Positions 36,231 through 46,600 of a DNA stretch of 64,000 nucleotides are shown in pieces. A program made the position numbers and the translations under genes. The DNA lies in NCBI GenBank assembly GCA_973895155.1, contig OZ316895.1:17687437-17751436 (forward strand), written 5' to 3'. The DNA comes from Marsupella aquatica (lineage: Eukaryota; Plantae; Marchantiophyta). The notes under the pieces are model-generated. The model made no database searches. It was not told where the DNA came from and saw only the letters and a list, made by a program, of their open reading frames with translations. The stretch's first letter is position 1. Each line of letters opens with the position of its first letter.

Positions 36231-36849
36231 TCCTCTCACATTGATAATGAATTAATAACAAACCTTACATAATTGATAATACTCGAATCGAAATGCAAAT
36301 TCCGATAAATTTATCGGGTTTTTGAGAGAAAGATTCAAATCTCCTTATAGGAATTTAAGACTTGATAGGAGTTTGGTATTTTCTTTAAGACAAATGTTGT
36401 TTGATTTGGCAATCAAACTAAACTTTTATGGCCATCTCGCTCCTCCTTATATAGGGAATGCTCTAACCATGGTTACTATTTCCCACAAACCATGGTTAAC
36501 TTTGCACTAATCTGGGTTAGTGCGTGGTCGACTCTTGATTACGTGATTGGGACCAAGTTACTCATAGTTGGGACTTTGGGCAGCTTTTGAAAGTTACAAA
36601 TGTAAAACCCGATGCACGTATCACTACCTACATTCCTGCGATGATGCAATGTCCAAAACTGATGTTTTTTTGATTTGACATCCATTTTATTGGAGTTTGC
36701 ATTGCCTTAGAAAAAAATAGAGTCGGGCTAAACGAGAAGTGTGTCACACTTCTTGGTCGGTCCGAAATCGTGTTGCCATGAGGGTGCGATAAGTTTATCG
36801 CACTTTGCATTCACCTAGAAGACATGGCCCCATCAAACACCTAAGCCCT

Positions 36850-37290
36850 GAATCCATCACAGGAATGCACACTCTGATAATTTTAGCGGATGTCCTCTGA
36901 ACCATCTTCAATCCATTAAAGGAATGAAGACTCCGATAAAATTATTGGAGTCTCAAATCATCGTCAATCAATCACAGGAATGGAGACTCCGATAAATTTA
37001 TCGGAGTCTCAAATAATCTTCAATCCATTAGATGAATGAAGACTCCGATAAATTTATCGGAGTCTCAAATAATCCTTAATCCATTAGATGAATGGAGGCT
37101 CCAAGAAATTTATCAAAGTCTCAACTAATCCTCAATCCGTCAAAGGAATGAAGACTCCGATAAATTTATCGAAGTCTCAAATAATCCTTAATCCATCAAA
37201 GGAATGAGGACTCCGATAAATTTATCGGAGTCTCAAATAATCCTTAATCCGTCAAAGGAATGAAGACTTTGATAAATTTATCGGACCTTG
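36850..37290. repeat. 57-bp tandem array, about 8 copies, built around a palindrome of up to 28 bp
   Basis: GAGACTCCGATAAATTTATCGGAGTCTC is a perfect palindrome at 36983-37010 and recurs with variants every 57 bp. Confidence 0.9.
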
Positions 37291-37979
37291 AATATAGTCT
37301 ATGGAATGAATGCTCACTCCTATAATTCTATTTGATGTTCTTCAAACATATTCAATTCTTCAAAGGAATGTAACTGAGGAATGCAGAATGCGATAAATTT
37401 ATCGCAATCTGCTCGGGTCAGGACATTGACACCACATGACAAGTCAACCTTACATAGATGTTACTCAAACTGGAATGGTAGTTCCGATAAATTTATCGGG
37501 TTATCTGGAGAAAGAGTCAAGTCTCTTGTGAGGAATGTAAAACTTGATAGGAGTCCAATATTCGCTTTGAGTGAGGTGTTGTTTGCTCTGGCAAAAATAA
37601 ACCTTTCATGGGCAGCTTGCTCCTCTTTATATAGGGGATGCTCTAACCATGGTTTTTTTTCCCGTTAACCATGGTTACATTTGCACTAACCCGGGTTAGT
37701 GCGTGGTGGACTCTTGATTACGTGGTTTGGACCAATTTACTCGCAGTTTGGACTTTTTCACAGACCAAATGTAAAACCCGATGCATGTATCGCTCCCTGC
37801 ATTCCTGCGGCGATGCAATGTAGGCAACTCGTGTTTTTTTTATTTTTTGGCAGTTTTATCGGAGATTGCATTGCCTTAGAAAAAAAATGGAATCGGGCTA
37901 AACGAGAAGTGTGTCACACTTCTCGGTCAGTCCAAAATCGTGTTGGTAAACATCACTTACTTGGTAGTCTACAACTCAT

Positions 37980-38840
37980 GAAGTCAGCTATCTTTTGGAG
38001 GAAGGAGACAGGCTCATCAAACACTTCAAAACACATCAATAACTTTGTAGAAGCCATTGTGAATTGCTTTGGCAATGAGTACCTTGGGAAATCTATGGAG
38101 GAGGATATGAAAGGCATATGGAGATCAATCAAAAGCGAGGATTTGTTGGGATGTTCAGATCCCTTGATTGCACCCACTGGACATGGAAGAATTGCCCAAT
38201 GGGTGAACAAGGCCAATCTTGAGACAAGGATGGGCTGAATTCAATTGTACTTGAAGCGATTGCCACTTCAGATTTGTGGATATAGCATGCATTTGCTAGA
38301 ATTCAATGATCAAACAATAATATCAATATCATTGACAGATCTCCTTTGTTGGTGAACTTGTTGAATGGAGTGGCTCCTAATGTTTGTTTCTCTAATAAGG
38401 GGCATGACTACAAAATCTTTTATCTCCTTGTTGACGGAATCTATCCAGATTACACAATCTTCATGAAGACGCTTGCAGATCCTCAAGGAGCAAAAGGAAA
38501 TGGTACACCAAGAGACAAGAATCAGTGCAAAAGGATGTAGAATGTTGCTTTAGTGACTTGCAGACCCAATTTGCAATGGTTAAAACCCTGCACGATGGTG
38601 GAGTAGGGATCAACATTGATCTGGAAAGTTGTACTCATCATGCACAATATGATTATTGGGGACGAGGCTGATGAATTGGACTTGACACATATTCAATCGA
38701 AATGATGTTCAATGGCTGCACAGGGTGATGTGTTGCTTTGCACGGTTTATTGCCAAATAACGCAACAAATGTGAATTAGCTTCAAGATGACCTGGTTGAG
38801 CATCTATGGCAAATTAGAGGTGACAAAGACGAGGAGTGAC
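37980..38840 (+). pseudogene. PIF/Harbinger DDE transposase remnant
   Basis: Read across frames: FGNEYL...SLDCTHWTWKNCP...IVLEAIA..DLWI*HAF...NIIDRSPL...YLLVDGIYP...QES..KDVE. Many stops and frameshifts. Confidence 0.85.
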
Positions 38841-40610
38841 ATAGTGGGGATTTTACACGGGATTTTAGTGAAGGAAGACGGTAGACAGTGCTGAGTCTGA
38901 CGTACACCTCAGATTGTTCAAAGGAATCTTATGGGCTTCATCTATATATAATTCTCCACATTTTGTACACGTGAAAAATTGAAGGAGTTGCATCACTTTC
39001 AAGAATTTGAGTTTATTGTTTGCATAGAAACCTAGTTGTTCATATCCTATGAGGTTGCAGTCAATCCTTGTGCATGTGACGACTTGTCTGAGTGGCCGGT
39101 GCAAGTTTTGCTCTGTGTGAATGGGACGGTGTGTGAATTGACATGAGTCATGTGACTACCGGACGTTCACTTCAAAGTGTAGTACCCTTGGTTGTTACGC
39201 CTGAATACCGTATTACATGAAAACTTCTACAAACTTTTCCATGTGTGTAATTTAATGCAATTTGGGGGAACGTTGAACATGTCAGTCCATAACTTGAGAG
39301 AATTGCAGTCCAAGAGGGTATTAGTGCTCCGCAATTTCCAAGCGTCAAGAGCTAAAGCTGTTGAAGTCCTCAAACTTGATCAGTTTCTTGTGAACTTTGT
39401 GGAGAGTTTTGCTGAAACTACAATGGCGAGGTCAAAGGTGATGTCGGCCAGAGATTCAGGCCACCCCATCATGACATTTGCACCATATGTGATTGTATTG
39501 TGGAGTGATACAACGGACTCTGAAAATGTGGAAGCAACCAATCCGCAACATGTGGGTGAGGGTAGCTCATCACAGGCAAATACACATGTTGCTGTGGTTG
39601 CAGCACATCTTGCGGAGGCAGTGCAGAATGCGGACGGGAAGGGGGAAGCACACAACAATGGCACCAGGGATGTTGCAAAAGTTGCGCAAAGAAAGCCTAA
39701 TTGAAGAGGCAAGCCACTACAAAAAGTATTTGACAGAAGGAAAATTAAGGAAAGAGTGGAGGAGAAGAAGGCATGCATGGAAGACCGCTCAAACTGGTCC
39801 AATGACTTTGACAATGGACAACTCAATTCCAATGGGTACCGATGGGAATGGCCTCCTCTCTAGACACTCTTCTGGACAATTGAATCACCACTGAGGTGGT
39901 CAGACCCATGTTTAGGTGAATAGTCCTATGTAGTTCATAGTTGTGCAAATGTGGTGCATTTGGAGTAGAGTTAGTTTTCAAAGTACATTCAATGACAATG
40001 CACTACAATGGAAGGAGCAATTGTAGCTGGAATGTTTGGTCTAGACCATATGAATAAATATAGTGATGAGAAATACAATGTACACGCAATTGTTGGTTGT
40101 TTGTGAAATCCATGGTCTTTTGGCACACTACATGAAAGAATACATGAAAGGTACTAGAGAAAAGTCCCTCCAAAGACTCCATCTGGTTTTGACTTTGAGT
40201 ATCCAGGGGAGTAATTATTGTTAGCATTTGCAAAGTCCCCTACGGCTAGAGGTGATTCCTCAATGTCCTCACCCTCCTTGATCTTCATCTTTGATCCTTT
40301 CATCGCTTTGGAAGAGCGCGTTGTTGCATTCTCTTTTTGCAACATTGGGAGAAATGTTCTCGTGCTGAACTGGAATTGTTGATGAGGGCAATGGTTCATC
40401 TCTCAATGTTTGCACAAATTTCAGGTGCTTCATTAGCTGCAACTCTGACTCTCTCTTTTCATTTTCAAAGACTTTTTGAGTCTGATGGTCCAGGTTATCC
40501 ATGTTCAAAGAGAAAAGTTGAATCTCATACACATCCTCCATAGCACGAGCCCTCTGATTCAAAGGAACGACAATCTTTGATGTGGATTTGGTCAATGCTC
40601 TTGTTCTTTG

Positions 40611-42445
40611 TGTTAGGATTTACTCTTAGGTCTAGAGTTACGATTGTACCACAGTTAGGGCTAACCTTAGTCACATACTAGGTTAGGTTAGTCATGTTGT
40701 GCACACGCTATACCCAAGCGGTGTTTTCTTGGAGAGTAGGAACTCAAGCTCATTGTTACCGAGCCAATTGAGAGATAGGGAGAGTTTGTGCTCTGGATGC
40801 TTGGTATGGTCGGTTGGGCTAGAGTGCAATAAAGCTCTTGTGCATTCCCGTGGACGTAGCCTCATGCTGAGGTGAATCACGTATTTCTTTGTCTCAACAC
40901 TTGTGCCTTGGATGGTTCATGGGAGTCACGGAACTTGACTACCTTAACACTTAGCTCCGGCGTCGCTGACTCCGACGCCGAGCTCCCTTATGGTCCAGGC
41001 CTGGATAGGCCATCCGGGGAGGACTTAGCATGGGGAGACTTGTGGGCAATGAGACGTGGCACTAGCGAAGGCAAGGAGCCAAGCTGGTGACACACACTAA
41101 GGACTTAGGCGAGTTGAGAGTTGGTCGGGTCAAGGGGAAAGAGGTCGGACTCAAGGTCAACCGTCCGGTCCCCCGGACGGACTTTGAGTTTTGAGGGCTT
41201 GAGTGTGAGCTCCTCTTGGGCCCAAGGCCAATGGAGTTGACGCCATGGGCAACGGACGCTTGGGGCACGAGGTATGGCCCGATCCGGGTTTGGCCGATCG
41301 GGGACCCTGAGCGGCGATGAGACCTGAGGGCCTAGGCATGAGCACTGGGTCGGCCCGATCACAACGGGCTAAGGCACTCTGATTGCGGACGCCTAACGAG
41401 AAAGTTATGGGCGTTGCCAGTTAGTGGCGGCCCACTATGCGCGATAGGATTCGGGTTGGAGACCAAATGTTTAGGGACCAAAGTTGGTCCGAGGGTGGCA
41501 GGTCTCCAGAAGCATAAATGAGGGGAGTGGTGTGTCCCTGGGGGCCAAGGGCGAGCCGAAGTCGTGAGCCGCGGAGGTCGTGACACTAAGGGAAAACGTC
41601 AAACGGAAACGACGATATCTTTCCAATGAGAAGTCCGTTGGAGGACTTATTGGGTGCGTTGGAAAGCTCTCAAGGAGGGATACGTCCTCCTGAGCTCAGC
41701 TGGGTCTGGGGTGCCATGGGTTCTCGAGGTTTGCGGGTGTTAGCTCGCCCACTTGTCAAATCTTGCCAAACAGCAGCCAAGCCGCGTTCAGTCTCCCAAG
41801 GGAGCTTGCGTTGGGGACGCAAGGCCAAGTAGGCGTGGAGGTTGAGTTCCAAGGGTGCTTGGCCCCTAGACCATCGGTGGGGTGAGAACCAGGAGTTGGT
41901 TGCTAGAGTCGGGGCTATTCTGGTCCGGGCGTGTTGGGACAAGCTACGCTATTTGGGCCATGAGCATGTCCTGGGGTTAGGGCGGTCAGTTGGTGATGGA
42001 TAGGTACGAGGGGGAACCCGAGGCACGCCCAAGGAAAGAGTTGTTCTGGACGAACAGTGGACGTGGGTTCTGGTTCCGGCTTATGGCCTCGCTTATGGCA
42101 TCAAGAGGACCTATTGCTGACCTATTTACCAACGTCTGTTGAGCTTGAGTTAGGATGCTAAACTTGGCGAGTTCTAGATCCTGAAGGGTTACTTACCAAG
42201 GTGCTTGGTTGGTTGTGCAGACAATGAGGACCGTTGAGTAGCAGTTGTGTTGGAGAGCAAGTGCGGCTTCGTATGGGAGGGGCCGCTGGCGGCGCAAGGG
42301 GCACTAGGTTGCTTGCTTGAGGTATTCTGTGGAGGCGTTCAGGCACCAGGGGCACTTAGGCATGAATGTTGGGATTGGTGAGGGTGCTGGGTGGCAGGGT
42401 CCACCACTATGGGCTTGCTATTGCGATTGTTGTCTATGCTCAACA
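40611..42445 (+). mobile_element. Copia-family solo LTR interrupted by a 1485-bp insertion
   Basis: TG...CA termini, TSD CTTTG. The LTR sequence breaks at ATGGG (40919-40923) and resumes at 42409. Confidence 0.9.
40924..42408. mobile_element. Putative Gypsy-type solo LTR with AGT...ACT termini
   Basis: 5-bp TSD ATGGG; GC-rich; non-coding; termini AGTCACGG / CCACCACT. Confidence 0.7.
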
Positions 42446-43363
42446 CTTTGCAGCCTACCTTTCTAGCATAGCCAACTCCTTGGCTTTCTTGTTACCAATT
42501 GGACAATCAATGTTTGAGAAATTTGCCTGCTTCTTCCCCTTTCCCTTGGCAGAGACATCTTGTGGAGGCATGGCAACGCAGTGTGGGAGCCAAAAATTGA
42601 CAGCGAGAGCACAGACCTGACAAATTCTCTGTGGATGCCACTACGCATATATGCTTCAAGATGTGCTTTGCCTTGTTCAATTTCATGCATTCATTGTGTG
42701 CGAGTAACCTTTTACCGACTTGAAGCGGGAATCATTTCACAGTTTGCATTTTCTCTTTCCTGTATGGAGCTCCTTCCGGGATGGAGCCACCCACTTGATA
42801 GTACACTAGTTCTAAGCAAAGTGAAAAAAACAGTTTGCAACACCCACAACAATTAGTGAAATTTGGACGCATCAACACATACACAGAAATGTGTTACTAA
42901 CACTGATTTTGGGGTAGCACTAATCTCACAAATTAATTGTCATGAACAGTGTGGACTTTTTGTTCCATTAGAGGTATCTTGCATGTATCCCACCCTTCAA
43001 TTGCAGCCACAGTTGATGCTCAGAAACCACATTAGTGCATGAGAAGTTCATGCCAGAATCATTTCATTAGTCAGGCTTGACTGCTTTTTCAAGCATAAAT
43101 CCTAGGGCAAAAGTATGCAATCATTCCAGCCCTTGGCCTCCTGACCTTTGAAATATCAATAAAACAAAGCGTACCCACAAAGTGCCCCTCCAACATCTAC
43201 TGTGCACCAAAACAGCAAAGCAGAGCAACTAAGCCTTACCCAGTGATGCGTATTCGGACCAGATGATGCTATGTCCATTGCAATTGACTTTTCCCAAGAG
43301 TTTAGGGAGGTTTAAGGGCCAAAGCGTTGAGGGCTGGCTACATGCAAGATAACTCTTAGCCGG

Positions 43364-43495
43364 TGTCACACCTAGACATTGACCCCATCAGCCAGAATCT
43401 AATGGTCTGGTAGTTGAACATCCCATGGATGTCACACCTAGACATTGACCCAATCAGCCAGAATCTAATGGTCTGGTAGTTGACCGTCCCATGGA
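43364..43495. repeat. 66-bp tandem duplication
   Basis: TGTCACACCTAGACATTGACCC.ATCAGCCAGAATCTAATGGTCTGG... occurs twice. Confidence 0.85.
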
Positions 43496-43884
43496 CCACA
43501 TTTCCCAATTTGAGTTCAGTTGTTATAACTTGGTAGTAATAAATTCAGATACTTTTAGTTTTGGGGATTTTGTAGACAAAATATAAGCTACACTTCCAAT
43601 AAAGTGACAAGTGGCCATTTTTGGGTTGAGTACTTCATCATGAATTGTGGAGGGGTAAGTTCAATTAGATTAATTAGTATGAAATATTTGGGTTTGTTCT
43701 TTTGTAACCTCCTTCTCTAGTTCCCTTGCAGGCAAAACGAAAAACCAGTAAACATGACTCCTCCCCTAGCTTGAATATTCATGCAAGGAAAAAAAAAATA
43801 TATATATATATATATATTGCTTTTTGTAGGCCATACCCTAAAGTTGTTTTTGAAATTGTGGAGTATTCTTTGCCATAAATGTAT

Positions 43885-44255
43885 TTGGACCACCTGTACA
43901 CCTTTTTCTTACCTGTACATCTTTTTCTCACCTTACCATCTTTTCTCACCTCAACGTTACACAAAAGATGTAGAGGTAAGGAAAAGATGTCAAGGTCAGA
44001 GAAGATGTCCAGGAGAGAAAGATGGTGAGGCGAGAAAATGATGTCAAGGTGAAAAAAGATATCGAGGTGAGAAAAATATTTCAATGAAAGGAAAGATGGT
44101 AAGGTGAGAAAAAGATGTACAGGTGCAGAAAAGATGTTAAGAAGAGAAAATATTCGAAGGGTGAGGGAAAGATGTCAAACCAAGTGAGAAAAGAGTAGAT
44201 GAGAGAAAAAATATCAAGGACAGAAAATATGTTGAGGGTGAGAAAATATGTAGGT
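43885..44255. repeat. Degenerate approximately 19-bp array (AGGTGAGAAAAGATGTC) with an inverted block
   Basis: 43911-43943 is the exact reverse complement of 44092-44124. Confidence 0.7.
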
Positions 44256-45326
44256 AAAGATTTCATATCCCCCACCCAAAAACAAAGATTGTTTAAGGGC
44301 TGGTAATACTCCAGTTATGAGCCCCAAACTCCCATAGACCACCAAACTGTGATCTACTGTAGGGAGCACTCTTTACACAAGGGTTATCTTAGCTTCAGTC
44401 ACCAAGAAAAGCATGTTACTCTCCTCGTCTTAGTTTTTTAATTTGAAAACAAGCGATGCACTGGAAATCAATGTTTACCTAAGGTGATCAGAAGATTCTC
44501 AAGTTTGACATGACAAAATACTTTGTAGATCTCACAAAGACCCCAAAATATTTGTTAATAAGTGACCCAAAATATTAATAATTATATATTTATTGCTCGA
44601 ACAAGGACAAAGGACAAAGTTTGACAGGCAGGAACGTGATGAGCAGTGGGTTGTAATATAATAATGACACCCTGTAGTGCACATTCCACACAGGCAGGTA
44701 GTGGACCGCGGTAACGGCCAACCTCCTGATGAAGCTTGCGACATTATTATTGATCGTTCCATTTTTGTACGTATGAAACTGTGCTCTCAGCATGTTGGAA
44801 CTGGATGTTGAATTTGGCCAATTGATTTGATTTGATGTACGATGACAGGGTCAAATTGACAGCTCCAAGAGTTAGAGATTTCAAGGTCTCGCTGAAGCAG
44901 TCGCTATTTTATCAAGTCTGTCAAAAGGCGGAGTCATCAAGAAAGTCCTTTCATTGGCACTCGGTCAGTGACTGAGTTGACGAGTGACACGGAAGGATAG
45001 TCTATGTTAGGGAGGACGAAAGGCAGTCTGCACCTGTATTTGATTCATAGTTTTCATACCTTCACTCATCGAGAAGTTTTCAAACACATGAGCTGAAGTA
45101 ACAGGAAGACTTTCGATGGATGGACGACTGCAGAACTACTTGTCAGAATAATTCACATAGAGCTCTTGGGCTCGTTCAATCAACCACGCTCCTGCCCGAG
45201 CTTTTATAATGGTCAAAGTGGCTACATCAGCTGACACTCTTTGGTTTTCTCACAATGTTGGTTTCGGATTTCCTCCTGCCCCCTTCACATCAATACTATG
45301 CATGCTCATTTCAAGGCAGTTCTGTG

Positions 45327-45504
45327 GAGGTATTTGCTTGGTCCACCCCCAAAATGAAACTTGTTCCTTGATCGATCCCCCTGAGGTCTATCAATGGTCC
45401 AGATCTGAGATCGAAAGGTCCATCAACAGTCCAGATTGGGGAAAAGTATTGAGGGTTGATTAAGCAAACTTTTTTGACAAGGGGGTCTACTAAGCATATC
45501 TCTC
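45327..45504. mobile_element. 178-bp Mutator-type MITE, copy 1
   Basis: Imperfect TIRs GAGGTATTTGCTTGG / CTAAGCATATCTCTC; 10-bp TSD CAGTTCTGTG. Confidence 0.85.
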
Positions 45505-46524
45505 CAGTTCTGTGGTACTAAAAGCTAACATTCTGAGTCCGGCACTTTCAATTGCCTTCTGCCGTGTTTCTTGCAATAAGATTAGTCATGATGTAAGAAC
45601 ATGAAATGCATGCTGCCAAGTATATGATTCTATCTTGAGGATTCTGACTGAGTTTTGGCAGCCTGTTCCATGGGTAGAGAACTGTGAGGCCACATGCCCT
45701 TCCAGACAGATTTTAGCATTTTCAGTGTAGCTGTAAAGCCGCAAAGGCCTGGTCTAACCTTCTAAATGACAAAACAATCTTGGCCTTTCTACTATCTCCC
45801 CAGCTCGTCTGATTATATAGATAGAAGTTGCTATTTTTTTCTTGTCCTCGACGGCGAGTTTCACTCAAAGAAGAAGTTTTTGGATTCAACTGAAACTGCT
45901 TTGGTCTTCACGAGTATAGTAATAAACTCTCCGATATTATTATAAAATTAAAAAGTTTTAAGAGATAAACTCTCCAATATCCAATTTCCTGCTTCGTCAT
46001 CCGTCCCCTTTCTGTTCACGTCAGTTTTAGCCGGGAAGCTCTGTGGAGGCAAGTTGGCCCACAATAGTGAGAATCGTAACGTTTCTGAATTCTGATCATG
46101 AATCTGCTATGGGATCAAGCTCTGCATTTACAGAGAAATGCACTGTTTAGCTTTATAGCCCGTCTGAGTGTCGTCACTGGAAGGCTCTGCCTGACCTCTT
46201 TGGGAGCTTGGGGCAGAGTGCGGATTCGTGTCACAAACATGTCCCTCCCTGCCTGGAATAGACAGAGTCCCTTCACCCATTGGCTCATCGTTACAAATTG
46301 GAATACTGCCCGGTCGTTGGTACTTCTCACGAACAGCTACTGCGCAAAACAACAAATAAATGGGAATACAGTAATGTTACCCTCACCCCACTTTGACTTC
46401 GCCATACTAGAGAGAACCATTTTTGACCTGACCGCTGAGAATGAACATTTCCTAATTAATTAAGTATTGACCTCCATGTTTGCCAAAAGACTCCTATAGA
46501 TTTTGTAACTTGGACTGCAACCTC

Positions 46525-46600
46525 TCTTGTCAGTTGGCCAGGGGATGAGCCTAGAATCAAGGGGTCCCAGGTTCAATTCCCCCCTCCACATGTAAGGGTT
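46525..46600 (+). other. Possible tRNA-derived SINE head
   Basis: B-box-like GGTTCAATTCC at about 46570 with a weak A-box-like motif upstream. No cloverleaf. Confidence 0.3.

Larger units (their letters stand above)
27389..37945. mobile_element. Unclassified TIR DNA element with palindromic (CGATAAATTTATCG) tandem arrays
   Basis: Left end AACACGATTTCCGACCGAACGAGAA is matched in inverted form at about 36750-36776 and about 37920-37945. No transposase recognised. Confidence 0.6.
40150..42900 (-). pseudogene. Harbinger ORF1 (Myb/SANT, NAM-associated type) remnant, split by the LTR insertion at 40611-42445
   Basis: PIGNKKAKEL motif just right of 42446, continuing as ...AMEDVYEIQLFSLNMDNLD left of 40610. 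Convergent to the transposase. Confidence 0.6.
26051..43000 (+). mobile_element. Decayed PIF/Harbinger element split by nested insertions (right end not located)
   Basis: TAA followed by GAGCATTTCCAA resembles a Tourist/Harbinger terminus. Transposase and convergent ORF1 remnants lie downstream. The link between terminus and coding remnants is inferred. Confidence 0.5.

Noticed and set aside
36850-37290. CRISPR array
   Set aside because: The linkers are near-copies of each other, there are no cas genes, and the context is a eukaryotic TE.
41664-41687. miR390-like string
   Set aside because: Gapped, imperfect match inside an LTR-like insert with no precursor hairpin.
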